A DNA stretch of 64,000 nucleotides from Podarcis pityusensis. Lineage: Eukaryota. A program made the translations under genes and the position numbers. The stretch lies in the NCBI GenBank assembly GCA_964106645.2, contig OZ067042.1; one strand, given 5' to 3'. Under the pieces are notes generated by a model. That model made no database searches. It saw nothing but the letters and a program-made list of their open reading frames with translations, and had not been told where the DNA came from. Below are positions 25,324 through 39,696 of the stretch, piece by piece; within the stretch, counting starts at the first letter, position 1; each line of letters starts with the position of its first letter.

Positions 25324-25686
25324 AAAGGTAAAGGTACCCCTGCCCGTACGGGCCAGTCTTGACAGACTCTAGGGTTGTGCGCACATCTCACTCTAGAGGC
25401 CGAGAGCCAGCGCTGTCCGCAGACACTTCTGGGTCACGTGGCCAGCGTGACGACGCTGCTCCGGCGAACCGGCACCAGAGCAGGACACGGAAACGCCGTT
25501 TACCTTCCCGCTATAAAGCGGTACCTATTTATCTACTTGCACTTAAGGGTGCTTTCGAACTGCTAGGTGGGCAGGAGCTGGGACCGAACGACGGGAGCTC
25601 ACCCCGCCGCGGGGATTCGAACCGCCGACCATGCGATCAGCAAGCCCTAGGCACTGAGGTTTTACCCACAGCACCACCCGCGTCCC
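25324..25686 (-). mobile_element. Full-length Sauria SINE
   Basis: Minus-strand head GGGACGCGGGTGGTGCTGTGGG, B-box GGTTCGAATCC, (ACCTTT)n tail; 15-bp TSD agcctttgattaggt / agccttggattaggt (one mismatch) at 25309-25323 and 25687-25701. Confidence 0.92.
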
Positions 25687-28600
25687 AGCCTTGGATTAGG
25701 TTCTGTTTAAAGTCTGTTGGACTGAAGGTGGACATCCAGTGTGGAAAGGAAACTTGCCCGCAAGTTTCGGGATGGTAGTCTGGTTCTTTAGCCACGTGAT
25801 TGCTTTGCCTGCCTTGAAATCTGTGCTGTTGTTGTTTCCCAACAATAAGAGTTGTTGCCCCTGTTGCTACAAAGGCAGTAACTGATACAGCAGCTTGATG
25901 AGTGCACACTGCAAACATTATAGAAAGGAATAAGACCCCCTTTCCCATCCCAATTCCTGATTAGAAGTATGTGCAGGCAGGTAAATGGAGTGTTGAAATT
26001 GACTTGTCCGAATCTCAAGCAGCTTCAGGCCTAGTTAATTCCACTCAAGAGAAGCTTAGAAAATGTGGTTGGAAAGCTATATTATATGGAGAAAATGGAT
26101 TTTAGAAATAAGGTAATATTTTTGGGCCAGTGTGCTACTGCTTTGTGACTTAGCTCATTTTGTTCTTAGAGATGCATGATTAAACAGGGGTTACGCACAT
26201 TCCATTGGGTGCTTCAAAAACCACTCCATGCCTGGGGAACGAGTTTTGGGGTAGAATGAGCCCTGCCAAGACTCAAGGAACGTAAAATAAAATCAAGAGT
26301 TTGCAGTGCTGCAATTCCAGAAATTATTTCAAGAACAAAGTAAAGACATCCTTGAAATGATGGTATGTTAGTGTTTAATGGATTTGTGGCATGTTTAATG
26401 GTTTTTTCCAATAAGAACAGTAGTTACCTTCAGTCCCCTAAAACCTGTGCATTCTCTTGCTGTGACTATAAGTGTGCATGCTCTTGCATTCAAATCTGAT
26501 ATTGAAACTGTTGACAATTCAGTTTTTCTCTCTTTTCTTCATAACTTGGGTTTGTGTCATTGCCTGTGGCAAGGTAAAGGGGGCAATGAGCCAACAGTTT
26601 AGTTACAGGGAAAGAATTATAGATTTATAACAAGCTATTAATATGTAGGGAATGTAAGCCCCATAACTATGAGCTGAATAACCACATTCTGCAACAAGAA
26701 TGTGTTCTATCCATTCAGGAATTGTACATGTTTACTTTCTTTGCATTGTTAGAGCTGAGGCCACTGCATTTCTTCAGTGCAGGGCTTTACATATTATTTT
26801 CTTAAGATACTGGATCAGTGGCAGGTACTGCATATAAACGTCAGTGTCCAGGAATATGTGAACTAGCCAGATCTTAGAGATATCACCTGAGCCAACCACT
26901 GGGTCTGGATTTCCAGCTCATGTTTAGGTCCGTTCAGGTAAGGGATTCTGATGGAGCAGCTTGTTTGTTGCACCTTGCATTGCTCCATAGACCCATGAGC
27001 ATCACCAGGTAGAAACCACTTGGGAAGTTCTGGCAAAGAGAAGATGAGGTAATAAGAGCATAATTTTGCCAACCTATCAGGAGTGCTTTAGAACATAAAC
27101 AACTTATGTTCCTTAACTATCTCATTCTTTCCTACATAGCAGGAAGATAACCCAAGCAAAGAATATGCACATAGCTGTTCTGATAAATAAAATCATGAAT
27201 GTTTGTGAACATGATAAATATACAGTAAATATACAGCCATTCACAAAGATGCATGAATGTTGATAATAACATGCAGGTGATAAGTCAATTTTATATGGTA
27301 TGCTGGTTGCTATGATATCCATAAAGTTTGGTATCTTTCTGTGCAGACACCCATTTAAAATATTAATACCGTGTTGGGGAAATGAGATACACTTGCAACA
27401 GAAGTGCAGCTTTGAAGGAACGGTGCAGACTATGTACAAAAACTTTAAAAATGACCGGGGGGTAGGGGGCGGAAACCAAGTTTGGTGATGCTACCAGGTA
27501 GTGGCAAATAATGCCCATTTTAAAAAAGCTGGATCAAATTAAGGGAGTACATTGCATATTGTTAAACCCAAAGAGTGAACATGCTTGTTTGCTACCATTG
27601 TTTCGTAAGTGCCTATCTTCTCACTTCTGAGCATTTCTGCACCGGAATTGGCAGGTTCATGGAAATATTTGCGCCACCTCATATCCATGCACCCAAGCAT
27701 TTTATTTTTCTTTTGAAATCTTGGATTTAGAAAGGTTAGGTAGACTGAGTGGGGTTTTTTTGGCTATTGAAACTTGATGCACAATTCCTTCCTTTGTAAG
27801 GCAGATCGGATGGATGGATGGATGCATAGACAGAAGCAGGTGGTATCTCAGAAATGGTGTATCCTAATAACAAGGGTTGACTCAAAATCCTTGGAGCAGC
27901 CATTTCCAAAGCTGCATTCAGTGATAAGTCCAGAGCGTGATTATTGAATTGCACCTGAAGTGTTTTTAGGAAAGCAAAAACAGTATAAATCAAGCTAATC
28001 ACTAAGTGTAGCTTTAGCTTATACTTCTAATGTTTTATACAACAGCATACCAATAATTCTTGTGTTATGAGCAACAGACCCTGCTTTGTATGATACAGAT
28101 ATTGGAGCTAATCTTGAGAAATGATTTTCTATATTCTCAACACTTTGAAAAGAATTAATTTGTTTCTGTGGGTAGACTGTCATATGGGGTGAATCTGTAC
28201 TGAATCATGTACCGTGCTGAGTCAAGCAATTGGTTATTCCAAGCATGACTCAGTTTAGATCCAAACCTTATTAGTGCCTGTTACTAATAGTACTATTTAA
28301 TTTCTGTTCCATGTCAAAGCAGGTTATAACTTAGCCCGCATCCCCTGTCCTCATCTTGCAATAATATTGTCAGGTTCATCACACTGGCATAGCTGCTTAA
28401 CCAAAGCTATGCAGTGAACGTCATGTCTGAAAATCAATCCTCATGTTATGCTATTCTTAACAAAGGGGTGTGTGGCACCCCTCCCCCTTCCCATGTCTCC
28501 TACAACCACACTCAACAATACATTGAGATTCATATATTTAGGTGTGTGCAACAGAAGGAACATAAATATTTTTATTTCTGCAGATGTCCAGGATCTCTTC

Positions 28601-30839
28601 TTTCTCCCCATCCGCTTTTGTTCTTCAACGTCACTGTCTGATGCTCCTTTTGTTCAGCTCTTCACTTTCTTTCCGCCAACATTCCCACTTCCATCACAAG
28701 GAAAAGGAGCCATTTGCAATGAAGCAAAGCTACACAATTTAATTTTCATGTTGCATTTTGACTGTAGAATTTGAATTGTGTATTGGAAACTTCTACCAGG
28801 TTTTTTGTATTATTTTACTTTCTAGTTGCTCAGTAAAAAAGAGTCTCTAGGCAACTTACAAAAACTTAAGAACCAAGGGCCATAGCATAAAAATGAAAAG
28901 GACACATCACAATAAAACCACCATCAGCCCTTTTTTGTTGGTGATCCATTTCAACCTTTCTTTTCATGATCGCCTGTTTATCTAAAAGGCATTTCTAAAC
29001 GACTTTATATTTTTCTTTCTTTTTTTAAATCACTAAGCTGTGTAGAATAATAGATGATCAAGGGCCATCTAGACCAACAGTCTTCAATGCAGGAATCTCA
29101 ACTAGATCATTATGTACAATATGAAACCAATATCCATTAAAACAAAATACAGCCTAAACCAATAAAACAATATAGAAACATATAAAAGCCAATAAAACAG
29201 AGATTTATTTGTAGACATAAATCAGTGTCCAGTCTTACAGATCAGGCAAAACCTGGACAAAAGGAAGTCTTTACAAAACGTCTGAAGCAACTAAGGGCAG
29301 AGCGAAGGGCATTCCACAGAATGAGCAACAGCAGAAACACTGATATTTCTACACTTAATCTCTCTCCCTCCCTCCACCTCCACCCATGTTTCAAAGGTTC
29401 CAGTCTTGTGATCACTCAACTTGGAGGAACCTGGAGGTGCAGTTTACATTGCCATCCCAGCTAAGGGCTAAAATGTTTAAGCCCAAGCCTCCTGTCACTC
29501 ATTTTGTTGGGGCGTGTCTATACGCTGCTCAATACTGCACTAACCTATGGTCGTTCACTAAACTGCCCTCATTATTAGGAGTGGATATGAAATCTCTTTC
29601 TGGGGTGTTAGGTCTCATGGGGCTGTTTCACATAAGCAAATTATCTGCCGGTGCTGCAGTCACTCAGTGATGAACATGCATGTACAAACTTGCCCTAACA
29701 TATCTGATGAGACGGATTGTGAAGTAGAATTGCACAGATACTAAACTCGATTCCATTTTCTGTTATGGGGGTGGGGGGAGGACATTTCCTATGACGCTTA
29801 AGTATTCTGCCAGCAGCACCATTTCCCCAGACCTATCCATAGTGTGTCATTTATAGTCCGTGCGGTCAAACCACTAAATAATAGTTGTGGGTGTGAAGAA
29901 ACAGTGCCATAACTGTGCTTTACAAAGGGAGAAGCTTTTAATAGGAGCTATTTTGAGTCAGCCTGGGGAAGGAAATGGAGGAAACCAGAACTGCTTTGGA
30001 GAGATATTATTTGTAAAGGCTTGTTATATCATCTGAGGGTTCCACCCCCCATGCCCCACTTATACAGGGTGTTTGCTAACACTTGATTCAATCTGGGTTT
30101 TGTTGTCTTTGGAGCAGGATTCTTTCTTCCCTCCGTGGTACCTTCACAGTCTTGGAGATCTGATGTGGTTTATACAATGGTAGTTTGGCTATGGCAGAGG
30201 GCCTATTGTTGTGCTTCTATATTAGATACTCTGCATCCAGTACCGAGCAACAAACATATACTCTTTGAGGGCAGGGAGGTATAATCTGATTATGTTTAGG
30301 CAGTATTAGTGCTGCTACTGAAATTGACAAATATGTCCCTTAAGAGATTCCGCAACAGCCTTGTATCCCGTTCAACGTTCCTGGCAGCCTTCTCAGATGC
30401 ATAGTGCTTCCCTCAAAGCTAAGGTTCCCACCATTTTGAACTGGCCTGGCTTCTGTATTGCTAATGATAGGTCTGAAATGGAGAAATTTAGCAGCTAACA
30501 TTTTCCTGCCTTGAAAAGCTTCACCTGTTTACTTCTGCGTTTCATTACTGGCTTTGATCCTGTGCCTTAGAAGGTCAAAACTGCAGGCCTGCACCAAATC
30601 TCTTTGGGAAGAGAGCTTTGGGAAGTTTCATAACTTCCTTCATGCTATAGTAGTGGGTGTTTTGTGTGCTTGCAATATCTGTATTCCCAAAGCATTTTCT
30701 TTTCAAATTCTTAGGATCAAAATATTCCCATCTGATTCCGTAATATGACATTTTTGGCTTCAAGGCTTGTTCAACAGTCAAGAGTTATTTGGCACCCACC
30801 ATTCTTGAAGTCTAAAAACCTGTTTATTTGTGCATCCAT

Positions 30840-31041
30840 TTTTAGCCTGCCTTTCCCCAAGGACCTCGGGATGGTGTATTTGGTTATTTCTCCATTTTAT
30901 CCTCACAGCATCTCAGTGAGGGTAGGCTGAGCTGAGCAAGAATAACAGGCTCAAGGTCACCCCTAGAAAGGTGCGTGGCTGAGAGTGAGTTTGAACCAGG
31001 GTCTTCCTGGTCTGATACTCTAACCACTGCACCACACTGGC
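30840..31041 (-). mobile_element. tRNA-derived MIR/CORE-like SINE
   Basis: Ends taaccactgcaccacactggc (head on the minus strand); tttgaacc B-box; aaggtcaccc core; cattttatcctcacagca. Confidence 0.75.
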
Positions 31042-33126
31042 TTCTAGATCTTGTGCTGCAGTACAAAGAGGCATGTAAAACAATCTTTGGGAAATGTTAC
31101 AGAAAAATAAGTAGTGGCATTCCATGAAACGCTCCACAAACCGAAATCTCCTGACAAAAATAGGTTATTGGGTTCCCAGAAAACAGAATGAGTTACAGAA
31201 TAGTATGAAGATTTCAAACCAACTCTGTTACACTCCTTCAAGAAAGGAGTTGCAGCTATATGTTTGGTGTTTCCAAGCTTTTTTTAATAAATAAATTAAC
31301 AGAAAATGTAAGAAATGTAATATAACCTCTGTACAGTGCAGAGTTGATGAATTACATTGTTTATTAATAGTGCAATCCTATACATGCTTACTTTGAACTA
31401 AGTCCTGCTGTGTTCAAATGGGGTCTGGTCCCCAGTAAGTGGGTTTAGGATTGCATTCTCTTATTCTACTACTGATGAAAAGAAAGTGAAACCATTCCTT
31501 CTCAAAAGTATCCAGTTTTACCTTTAACATGTGTTAAAATCTGTAAGGTTATATGTAGTTGTTATCTATACCCGAATTCATTCATCGAGTCACACCTAGG
31601 GGGAAGTAACTTCTTTTTTTTAGTCTCTTGCAATCAACATTCGTTTCTTTTAAACAATTCAAATTAATTTCTAGTTTCTGGGACACCATACAATCACCTC
31701 TTATCATATGATGCAGTTTGCCCTGCATGTTCTAATTGGGCAGTAATAAATACGTGTAGAAAAAACGCATATTGTAAGGCAAGGATGTTTATTTTACAGC
31801 AGGTATGTGGCACAGAAAATTTGTACACAACATTTAGGTGCTAAAGCAAAAAAGTACTACTTATGTAAAAAAAAAAAAAATTCACAGCTTCCTTACAGGA
31901 TATTTTTCTCTAGGAGGTATACAAAAATAAAAACACAACTCTAATAATAGGACATAAAACACAAATTGCAGCAGCCTGCAAGTAGTAACTACAGACTAAT
32001 CAAGCCTTTAAAACAGTGTATAGACCAACATAAAAATAGCCCCAAAAATCCTGATAACCAGCAGCAGATTAAAACCAGATGCTCTGAAAACAGCAGCAGC
32101 ATAAATAAAATCATCTAAATTAAAATCACCTTAATGCTTAGGAAGAAGGTTGCTGCCTAAGCAGAAGCTAGTGGAAAATGCAGACTTCTAAGAGTTATCA
32201 TATTTGAAATGGGACAGAAACTTCTCCTGATTTAGATTGTCAGGAGTTGAGGTTTTTGACTCACTTACTGGAGTTATTTGCAGTGTGCCTATACTCTGAT
32301 TATTCTAAACTGCACAAAAATAACTTATTTTATTTGTTTATTTTGCACTTGTTCCTTTGGTGCAAGGATTTCCACTTCTGCAACAGAACTTTCCCCCTCT
32401 CCTCTCCTGGCAAGTTCCTTGCAAGCTCCTCAAATCCTCTGTGGAGTGTTGGAGGAACCTCACAGATTAGATTTAGCAGGTGCAGGGAGAGGAGAGGGAG
32501 GAAGGAAGGAAGGAAGGGAAGTTCCACTGAACTGGCAACTCCACCCATTAACTCAAGTCTAACCTGTTTCATAGACTTTTTGTGAGAAAGAAATAAGAGG
32601 GATTCATGTATGCCTTGACCTTCTCCTCGGAAGAAAGGTGGAAAAGAATTGTCATGAATAATGCTCTATATTCACCCTTTCTTATATGGGTTCTGGTGAG
32701 CTCCACTGAGCACAATAGAGATATGGGGGGGGGGGGACGCCTGTGATTACAGATTCAGAATATCTGGTAAACAAGAGGCCCCTGGGAAATCACAATACAG
32801 GATCAAAGCTTCTAGTAGGAAGACTTTGTGAAAACGACATAACACTCTGGCTTGGGTGTATGATAATGGGACGAAAACACTGGTTTTGGCAAGTGAGTGG
32901 CACACATGCTCCTCCTCCCCCCCAAAGCAAACAACTTTGTTCCCTTGATGCCTGGAGAAGTAAGAAAGCAGATCTGAGGGAACGGCATGTCCCTGTAGCA
33001 TATTCTAGGTAATATTACTCTCTTAGGAAATGTGCAGTGTTCTCTAACTGACCCTTTCTAAACTGTTGACGACTAGAAAAATTGGCTTATTAGGCTACAT
33101 ATTTTCTTGAGAAAGAATGTGTAGAG

Positions 33127-33370
33127 CAGGGGTGCCCAAACTTTTTTCAAAGAGGGCCAGATTTGATGAAGTGAACATGCGTGAGGGCTGACCGAAGTTG
33201 TTGAGCTTTTTTTACAATTTTATCCCTAAGTTATTAAGATTTTTTTTTTTAAGGATTGAAGTTATTGAGTTTTTTTAGGATTTGACCCCGAAGAATAAAC
33301 TGCCACAGGGGCGTATTAAACTGTCACAGGGGCCGAATTAGACCTCCGAAAAGGACTTTGGACATGCCTG
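33127..33370. mobile_element. hAT (Charlie-like) MITE
   Basis: TIR caggggtgcccaaa / tttggacatgcctg; perfect 8-bp TSD gtgtagag at 33119-33126 and 33371-33378. Confidence 0.88.
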
Positions 33371-36347
33371 GTGTAGAGGATAGGTGACATTTGGGAATCT
33401 GAGTGGATCCAAAATCCAAGATCTTGAGCTGCCCCATACAGCAGAGATATCAGCCTCTGTAATAATGTGCCTCCATGAAGAATCTGGTGTTTCTTTTGAT
33501 GGAATATGCAATTTCTCCCCAACGATCTGTGTAAAAGTTTAAAAATGGGAGGAAGGGGGGGAAGGGTAGGTTTGGGCTGAAAATAGACATTTGCAAAGGA
33601 AAAAGTTTTAGGAAAAGTACATAACCTTCAGTTGATGTTTGTAGGCTTTGCTTTGGGAAGATGTGTTGTTTAGATCAGAGGTGTAGAATCGGTGGCTTTC
33701 CAGATAGTGTTGGACTCCCAAGTTGCATATAGTATATCCCAATTTACTGCTGGGGTTGCCAAATTCCATTTGGAAGGGGATTCCTGTGCCTTTCATGGCT
33801 GCAAACAAAAGAGCATTTTGCCAAATGCCGCTTCCGCCACCACTGCAATGTAGTGGTGAGGAAGCTGCCCAACGTCTCTACCTGTATCAGATTGGAGGTA
33901 GAAGATTTCAGGAAGCCGCCTAATCCAGTCCAGATAGGACCTAACCTCTGCCACCTGTGTACAGTCCAGGCTAGAGTAATCCACAGAAAGAGAGCAAGTG
34001 CACTGCAGAGATATACCTACAGTTCATGTGGCCCTAGTGAGTGAGACAAGTCACATGCTACAGGCGGGGCTGTGTGCACACTGCGGTCCCACCGTTGCAC
34101 CATGCAGACATGGCTGAAGAAATCACCTTGGGAATCTTTGTTTTCTTTGCTTTAACGTAAGATTAACCAACCCTTGTAAATTGCATGGTTTTCAGAAACA
34201 ACGTAACTCTGTGTGAGCTAGATTTGTGAGAAACACTTTGAAGCGCCACATATGTAGAGATTTGTGGCTATGCTTAGCATCCAAAGGGCTTCTTCAGAAG
34301 TTCTGCAAATAGATCTTCCCAGAGTCGCCCGACTGTCCAAAGAAAAGAGCCATGTGGAGCAAGCAGTACCTTAACCACACATCAGTGGATGCAGCCACTC
34401 GTTCTTGGCAGCAGTGGAGTGGTACTTTATAGCAAGCATTAACATGAGCGTGACAGCTGGAAGGAAAATGCAACTGTACTCAGGAATGCGCTAGGCCAAA
34501 TCGTGTGTCCTCAGTGTGGCTTGGGGATAACAGAATGAAGCAATATTAGTATTTCTTGTATCTCTTAGAGTGTGGCATTTTGGAAATTCAGGAAGCCGTA
34601 ACACCTATCTTTATGGGGGGAAATTGTGTCACATGATCACTACCATACTGTGAGCCATTTGTTCCTTTTAATAGAAAACACATTTGGTAGTGGACTGTGT
34701 TAACTGGAGTTCCAATATGGTCCCATTTTTTGGTGTGTGTGCCCCCCACCCCAAATCGTCTCTTGGAAACTCCTGTGGAGGTCTGCTGGTATTTAGTTAG
34801 TAATCATGTAAAAATGGTTTAATGTCAGGTGAAATGTTAATTATTCTAATCTTGTTCACAAGGCACTGTGGCTTCCTCCCAGGAGATATTGTTTTGTCCT
34901 TTATTTCCACTGCAAGAACCATATGATTCAACGTGTTTCCCACCCTTCTTGAGTATTTTTTTCATTCCTTGCAGGCTTGAATCTAACCCATTCCAAGGCA
35001 GACATTTGCAGATTAGGTGTCTAAGCAACTGGGCCTGTGAGATATTAACAGGAAGGCTTGGTTTCCTACCAGGACTATAACTGACCTTGCTGTATGAATC
35101 TGAGCCCTTTTGCTATATACCATTTGGTTACCAGGCAAAGTTATCTATAACCTGATGAAAGCTGATCAAGAAGGGGTTCACTAGAAATTATGCTCTGCTC
35201 ATTTTAAAGAGTGACTTCAAAGTGTTGCATGTAGAATTTTCCCTCCGAGCTCAAGGATCCAAAGCAGTAACTTCCTTGCACATTTGATTATTTAATGGAC
35301 AAAAGAAATTCTAGAAATTACAACTGATTTGTAAAAGACTAGCATTAGATGGAAAACAATTGGCATTTGTAGGATTGAAGACATTGTGACTGCTGAAATT
35401 CAAGATGAGCAAGATTTGGAGCTCCTTTAGAATTTCTGGATCTGGCATTTTCTGAAATGGAAAATTAATTTCCAAATGTAGGCGCAATTTTGGTTCAGCA
35501 CTCTTGGATTGTTGACAAATAACACATTTGAAGGCCATGGTGTTTTTGAAAACACACACACACCTGTGTTGAATGGCTTCTAAAGAGGAGTGACTATAAT
35601 GGGATTAACCAGAATGAGGGCACAGGATACACGATCAACTATTTCCATAGCAGTCCTTTTTTACTTTTAGCTTATTTTTAGCACCATTAGGTTAATCTTG
35701 GTGTTATAATTAGCACAGTTGCATTCCAAATCACATTCATGGGAAACACCATGAGAATAACATGCAGAAACTTTTGAGAATAAACCAAAATCCCTACCTT
35801 TTCACACAGTACAAAACTGAACTGTGGGCCTTGCTCCCATCAGTGATGTGTATATTCTATTTTCTGTTGCTCCCTCAAGAAGTTCAAGGCAATATATGTG
35901 GATTTATTCCATTATTATCTCTCAGCAACTGTGTGGGGATAGGCTAGCTAGGCTGACAAACAGTGGGTTAATGCCAGAGAAGCTGTAAGAAGAAACTCCT
36001 TCATTGGACGAAGCTTCTCTACATCTAACAGTGATTGGTGCAAAGTCACTGGATGGTATCCAACTTGTGTTTCTTGTCTATTGACCTTAGTGAGTCTACA
36101 CTGAGTATGATTAATGTGGGATATCACCCTTTCAATTTTAACTTTTAAAAATTATTTATTTAAACATACATGCACAGTTGTCAGATGCCTAAGGAACAAG
36201 TTACCTAGGCTCATGACTTGAGTTGGGACTTGAACACAGATTTCCCAGAGCCACAGCAATACATGAGTTCTTCTTCATATGGCGCTTTCACAGCGCTTTA
36301 AATTGTGAAGGAATTTGAAAGGGATTCGGTTGCAGCCCTATACACTA

Positions 36348-36485
36348 AAGATGGGAGAACCTTTTGCTCTCTAGATCTTGTTGGACGTCCAACTCCTATC
36401 AGCCCAAACCGGCACGGCTAGTGGTTAGGAGTGATGCCAGCTGTAGTTTGACTACTTCTGGAGTGCCACAGAGCTTCTTATCCTG
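36348..36485. mobile_element. Degraded short palindromic hAT-like MITE
   Basis: Similar to the 11109 and 18681 copies (ttgttggac..caactcctatcagccc...tgatg...tgtagt). Confidence 0.5.
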
Positions 36486-38613
36486 GCCTATACCTTCTGT
36501 AGCACATGCCTAACAACCATTTGTGTGTTGTTCTAAGCTAAGCAGATGAAGGTCCGTTTTGCTTTGCCCCACTTGCTTTTCCTCAAAGGTCCCATAGATT
36601 GTTACCAGACATGGATATTGGGGTCTTCTGTGTATTTCTGCCAGACCTACAGGGAATTTTCCTGTAATGCGCCCGGGCCTTTTTGGTGTCGCACTACATG
36701 TGTGTATGAGTTGGGGTTTGACAGAGAAAAGCAAGCTACTTTGGTCTCCAGGGAGGCACAGGTAAGCTGGATGCTATCTCTGCTTCCCTTGCAAGCAATT
36801 GCTTTGAATGCCTGGAAAGCACCCCTCTCTGGGGTTAGGAGGAACGTAAGGGGTTTGGTGGCGGCTGCCTGAGTGCTTAGGAGGGCACCACCGACCTACT
36901 CAGATGGGAAAAAGGGGAGTAAAAAAGGTTCTTTATCCCTTCTATTACATGAGGCATAATACAGTCACCTTGTTTGATATAACGTTCACCTCCTCTCCCC
37001 TCTTGAGGAGAGTATCAGCTGAAGAGGCATGTAAATAGACCAGGTGTGGCAGTTGTTTTCCTGGCTGTGTAGAGATTAAGGATATGAAGGGGGTGGGAAA
37101 ATTAGGAAGGGGGTCCTCCCCATTCTTCCGGGTTTATTCCTGGGTTTCACTCCTCTAGTAGTGATATTTGCAGTGTGTTTGCATTGGGAGACAAGCCTTT
37201 GAAAGGGGTACACATAGCTTTGAATTTAAAGGTGTGAATGGACATATCTGGAGGGAATGGGGTACAAGATGTTCCTATATTAGTAGCTGGAGGAAGGCAG
37301 GAAAATTCCTTCAGGCCTGCTCTTATCTTGTTTTGGTCCTTGTTTTGGTTACGTGGCCAACCTGTATTTAGTTTAGTCTCTGGAAAGGGGATTTTGAGGG
37401 TGTGTTTGTAGCCTGCTTTCGTGTCACAAAAGACTGAAAGTGAAAGGGCAGGAGCTCAAGGGCATTTTATTTCTTGATTTCATATGTTCCAGGACTGAAC
37501 TTTGTCTCCAATTAAACCCTGATTGTTCTAGTAGCTACACTGGCACAAATGTTTTGGATTCAAGTAAATCGCTCGAGAAAATGGGGAAGAGGCTTCCCTT
37601 TCTGGTTCTATTGCTGCTTCTCTATTTTTAGCTGCAGTTTTTCTTCTTACTCTTTTCCGTGTTTAACCAAACGCCTTACGTTAGTTGCTGTGTTTTAATT
37701 TTTTACATTTCTTATTTTGTTGACTTGATTTCAGAGTTTCTTTACTTAGAAGCTCTGGCTGAAAGGGTGTGCAGCCTTTTAAGTAAATAAACTATTTCAA
37801 TGCAGCTTATCACTTAATCGGCTGGAACTACTGAATGGGGAGGAAAATTAAACGGCAGCTTCCATCAAGGAGGAGAAAACAGTTTGACTCCATTATATTT
37901 TTTTTAAGCAAAAAGTATGAAAGCCTTCAAAAAGCTTTCTAAACTGTGGTAGCCGAGTCTGTTTCCGAACGGTGTTGCCAGCTGTGTATTTCCTGAGAGT
38001 AAGGTCATGTGTTTTTGCATTTGTATTTGACAGCCTGCACCTATGAGCAGAGTTACCGAGGACTGGCAGAAAGCCACAGCCCTGTTACTGTGCCTGGCTC
38101 AAGGGTTTGGAGCACTTATGTAACACTATAGCAAAGGAAATACAGTCTCCATCCATCCCCAGCCCTTCGCTGGCTTTCCATTTCTGGTTTTGTTACTTAG
38201 CAAAATCTTGGGTTTCGTCCTTTCTCTGCTAGAGAACAAACTGCCCAATAGGAACCTGCATCGAAACAGCAGCAACCAATGGAAGGGTGGCTGGGAGGGG
38301 GGGTGGAAAGGAGAGAGAAAGATTTGATTGTCTTTTGGGTTAAGGATGAAGCAAACCCGTCAAGTCATATGATGGCTTTACAAGATAAGCATATGACCTG
38401 GGAATTGTTTATGGAAGGATGCCCCTGCTTGCTTTCCTGCTCTCTCTCTGAACATGCAGAATTTATGCAGATGCCTCTTATTACTTGGCCCCAAAATGAT
38501 ACTCTTGCAATGATTTATTAATACAGGCTTGGCTGCTTGTCTCCAGCCATTATTTTTCTCCTAAACGATGCCTCCCTCCTCTGCATTTTTGTAGAATACA
38601 ATTTAAATCTGTA

Positions 38614-38618
<5 letters not shown>

Positions 38619-38647
<29 letters not shown>
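38619..38647. repeat. (AC)n microsatellite
   Basis: Directly visible. Confidence 0.95.
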
Positions 38648-38651
<4 letters not shown>

Positions 38652-39572
38652 ATTTCTTGAATATGCGCTTTGTGTGTTTTTGTGTGTGTGGTTTGTTTTT
38701 TATCCTGTAACCATTGTGTAACAAATCCAGACAGGAACATTTCCTTTCCTCTTCTCTGCCCCTATTCAAGCAAATATGCTTTCTGATTTGAGGATTGAGT
38801 TAGGCTTGTGATTGAGAGAACAAAACTTTGTTCCCTTTAGGGACATTTCTCCCCTTTTAAAAGAATAAGGCTTTTAAGTGCGTCATTGCAAGACACACTT
38901 GGTGTTAAGCCACATGGTACCTTAGCAGAATGTGACTGGGTTCTCTTAAGATTGTGCATGCCAAACCAGCGACATTGTGCGTTCTGTGCAGCTGGCCCAG
39001 TTATGGGGAGGGTGGGGGGTAGATGGTTTAAAAAGTGCTGAATATGTCACCTTCGTTTTTGTGGTCCTACTACTTCCTGCGTGTGGAATTTTGCAGTACA
39101 GCCTTGGGCATATCTTTAGCCTTAAGAAAGGATGAGAGGGTCTCTGCCCCCCTTTTGTTTCTTGTATAAAAATGGCTGCTGCTACAGCTTCTAATAAATA
39201 ATAAATAAACAATATGTGCAAATGATTCCTGAATTAAGCCCCTTTTGGTTTGCATTAGTTGAATTGGTCCAAAGATATATTTAAGCTACCAATCTTTGCC
39301 TACTTGAGTAAATACAAAATCATTCCTTTCCTTGCCTGCATCAACCTATTGTGTATCAGAAAAAAATGGGTGTTTCTAGAGCCTTTTTAGTGTAGCTCTT
39401 TCTTCCTTTTGCAGATAAATGGTTAAACATTGAGCTGCAAAATAGGAAGGGAAATGCAAGTGACATTCCATATAATCTGAGGCTAAAAATGATTGCAAGT
39501 ATTTGTGTCCTTGTATTTTGTGGTCAGATATGCCCTGTTGGTCTCTTACGACTCTTAACTGGAAATCCCTGG

Positions 39573-39696
39573 GGGTTGTATCTTGCTAAATTATACTTTG
39601 TGAGTAGACCCATTGAAATCAGTAGGCCTAAATGAGTCATGTCCATTAATTTCAGTGGATCTGTTCCAAGTATGACTTACATTGGATGCAAATCCC
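39573..39696. mobile_element. Palindromic MITE (tagacccattgaaat family)
   Basis: gggttgtatc / gatgcaaatccc ends; agacccattgaaat / atttcagtggatct internal inverted repeat; shorter relatives near 36053-36129 and 61486-61562. Confidence 0.6.

Noticed and set aside
25359-25778. 139-aa ORF
   Set aside because: It is mostly the antisense reading of a Sauria SINE.
32830-32940. Faint resemblance to a mariner transposase motif (WVYDNGTK...EW...SPPK)
   Set aside because: Too short and degenerate, and I saw no TIRs or DDD neighbours; it would need a tBLASTn or HMM hit.
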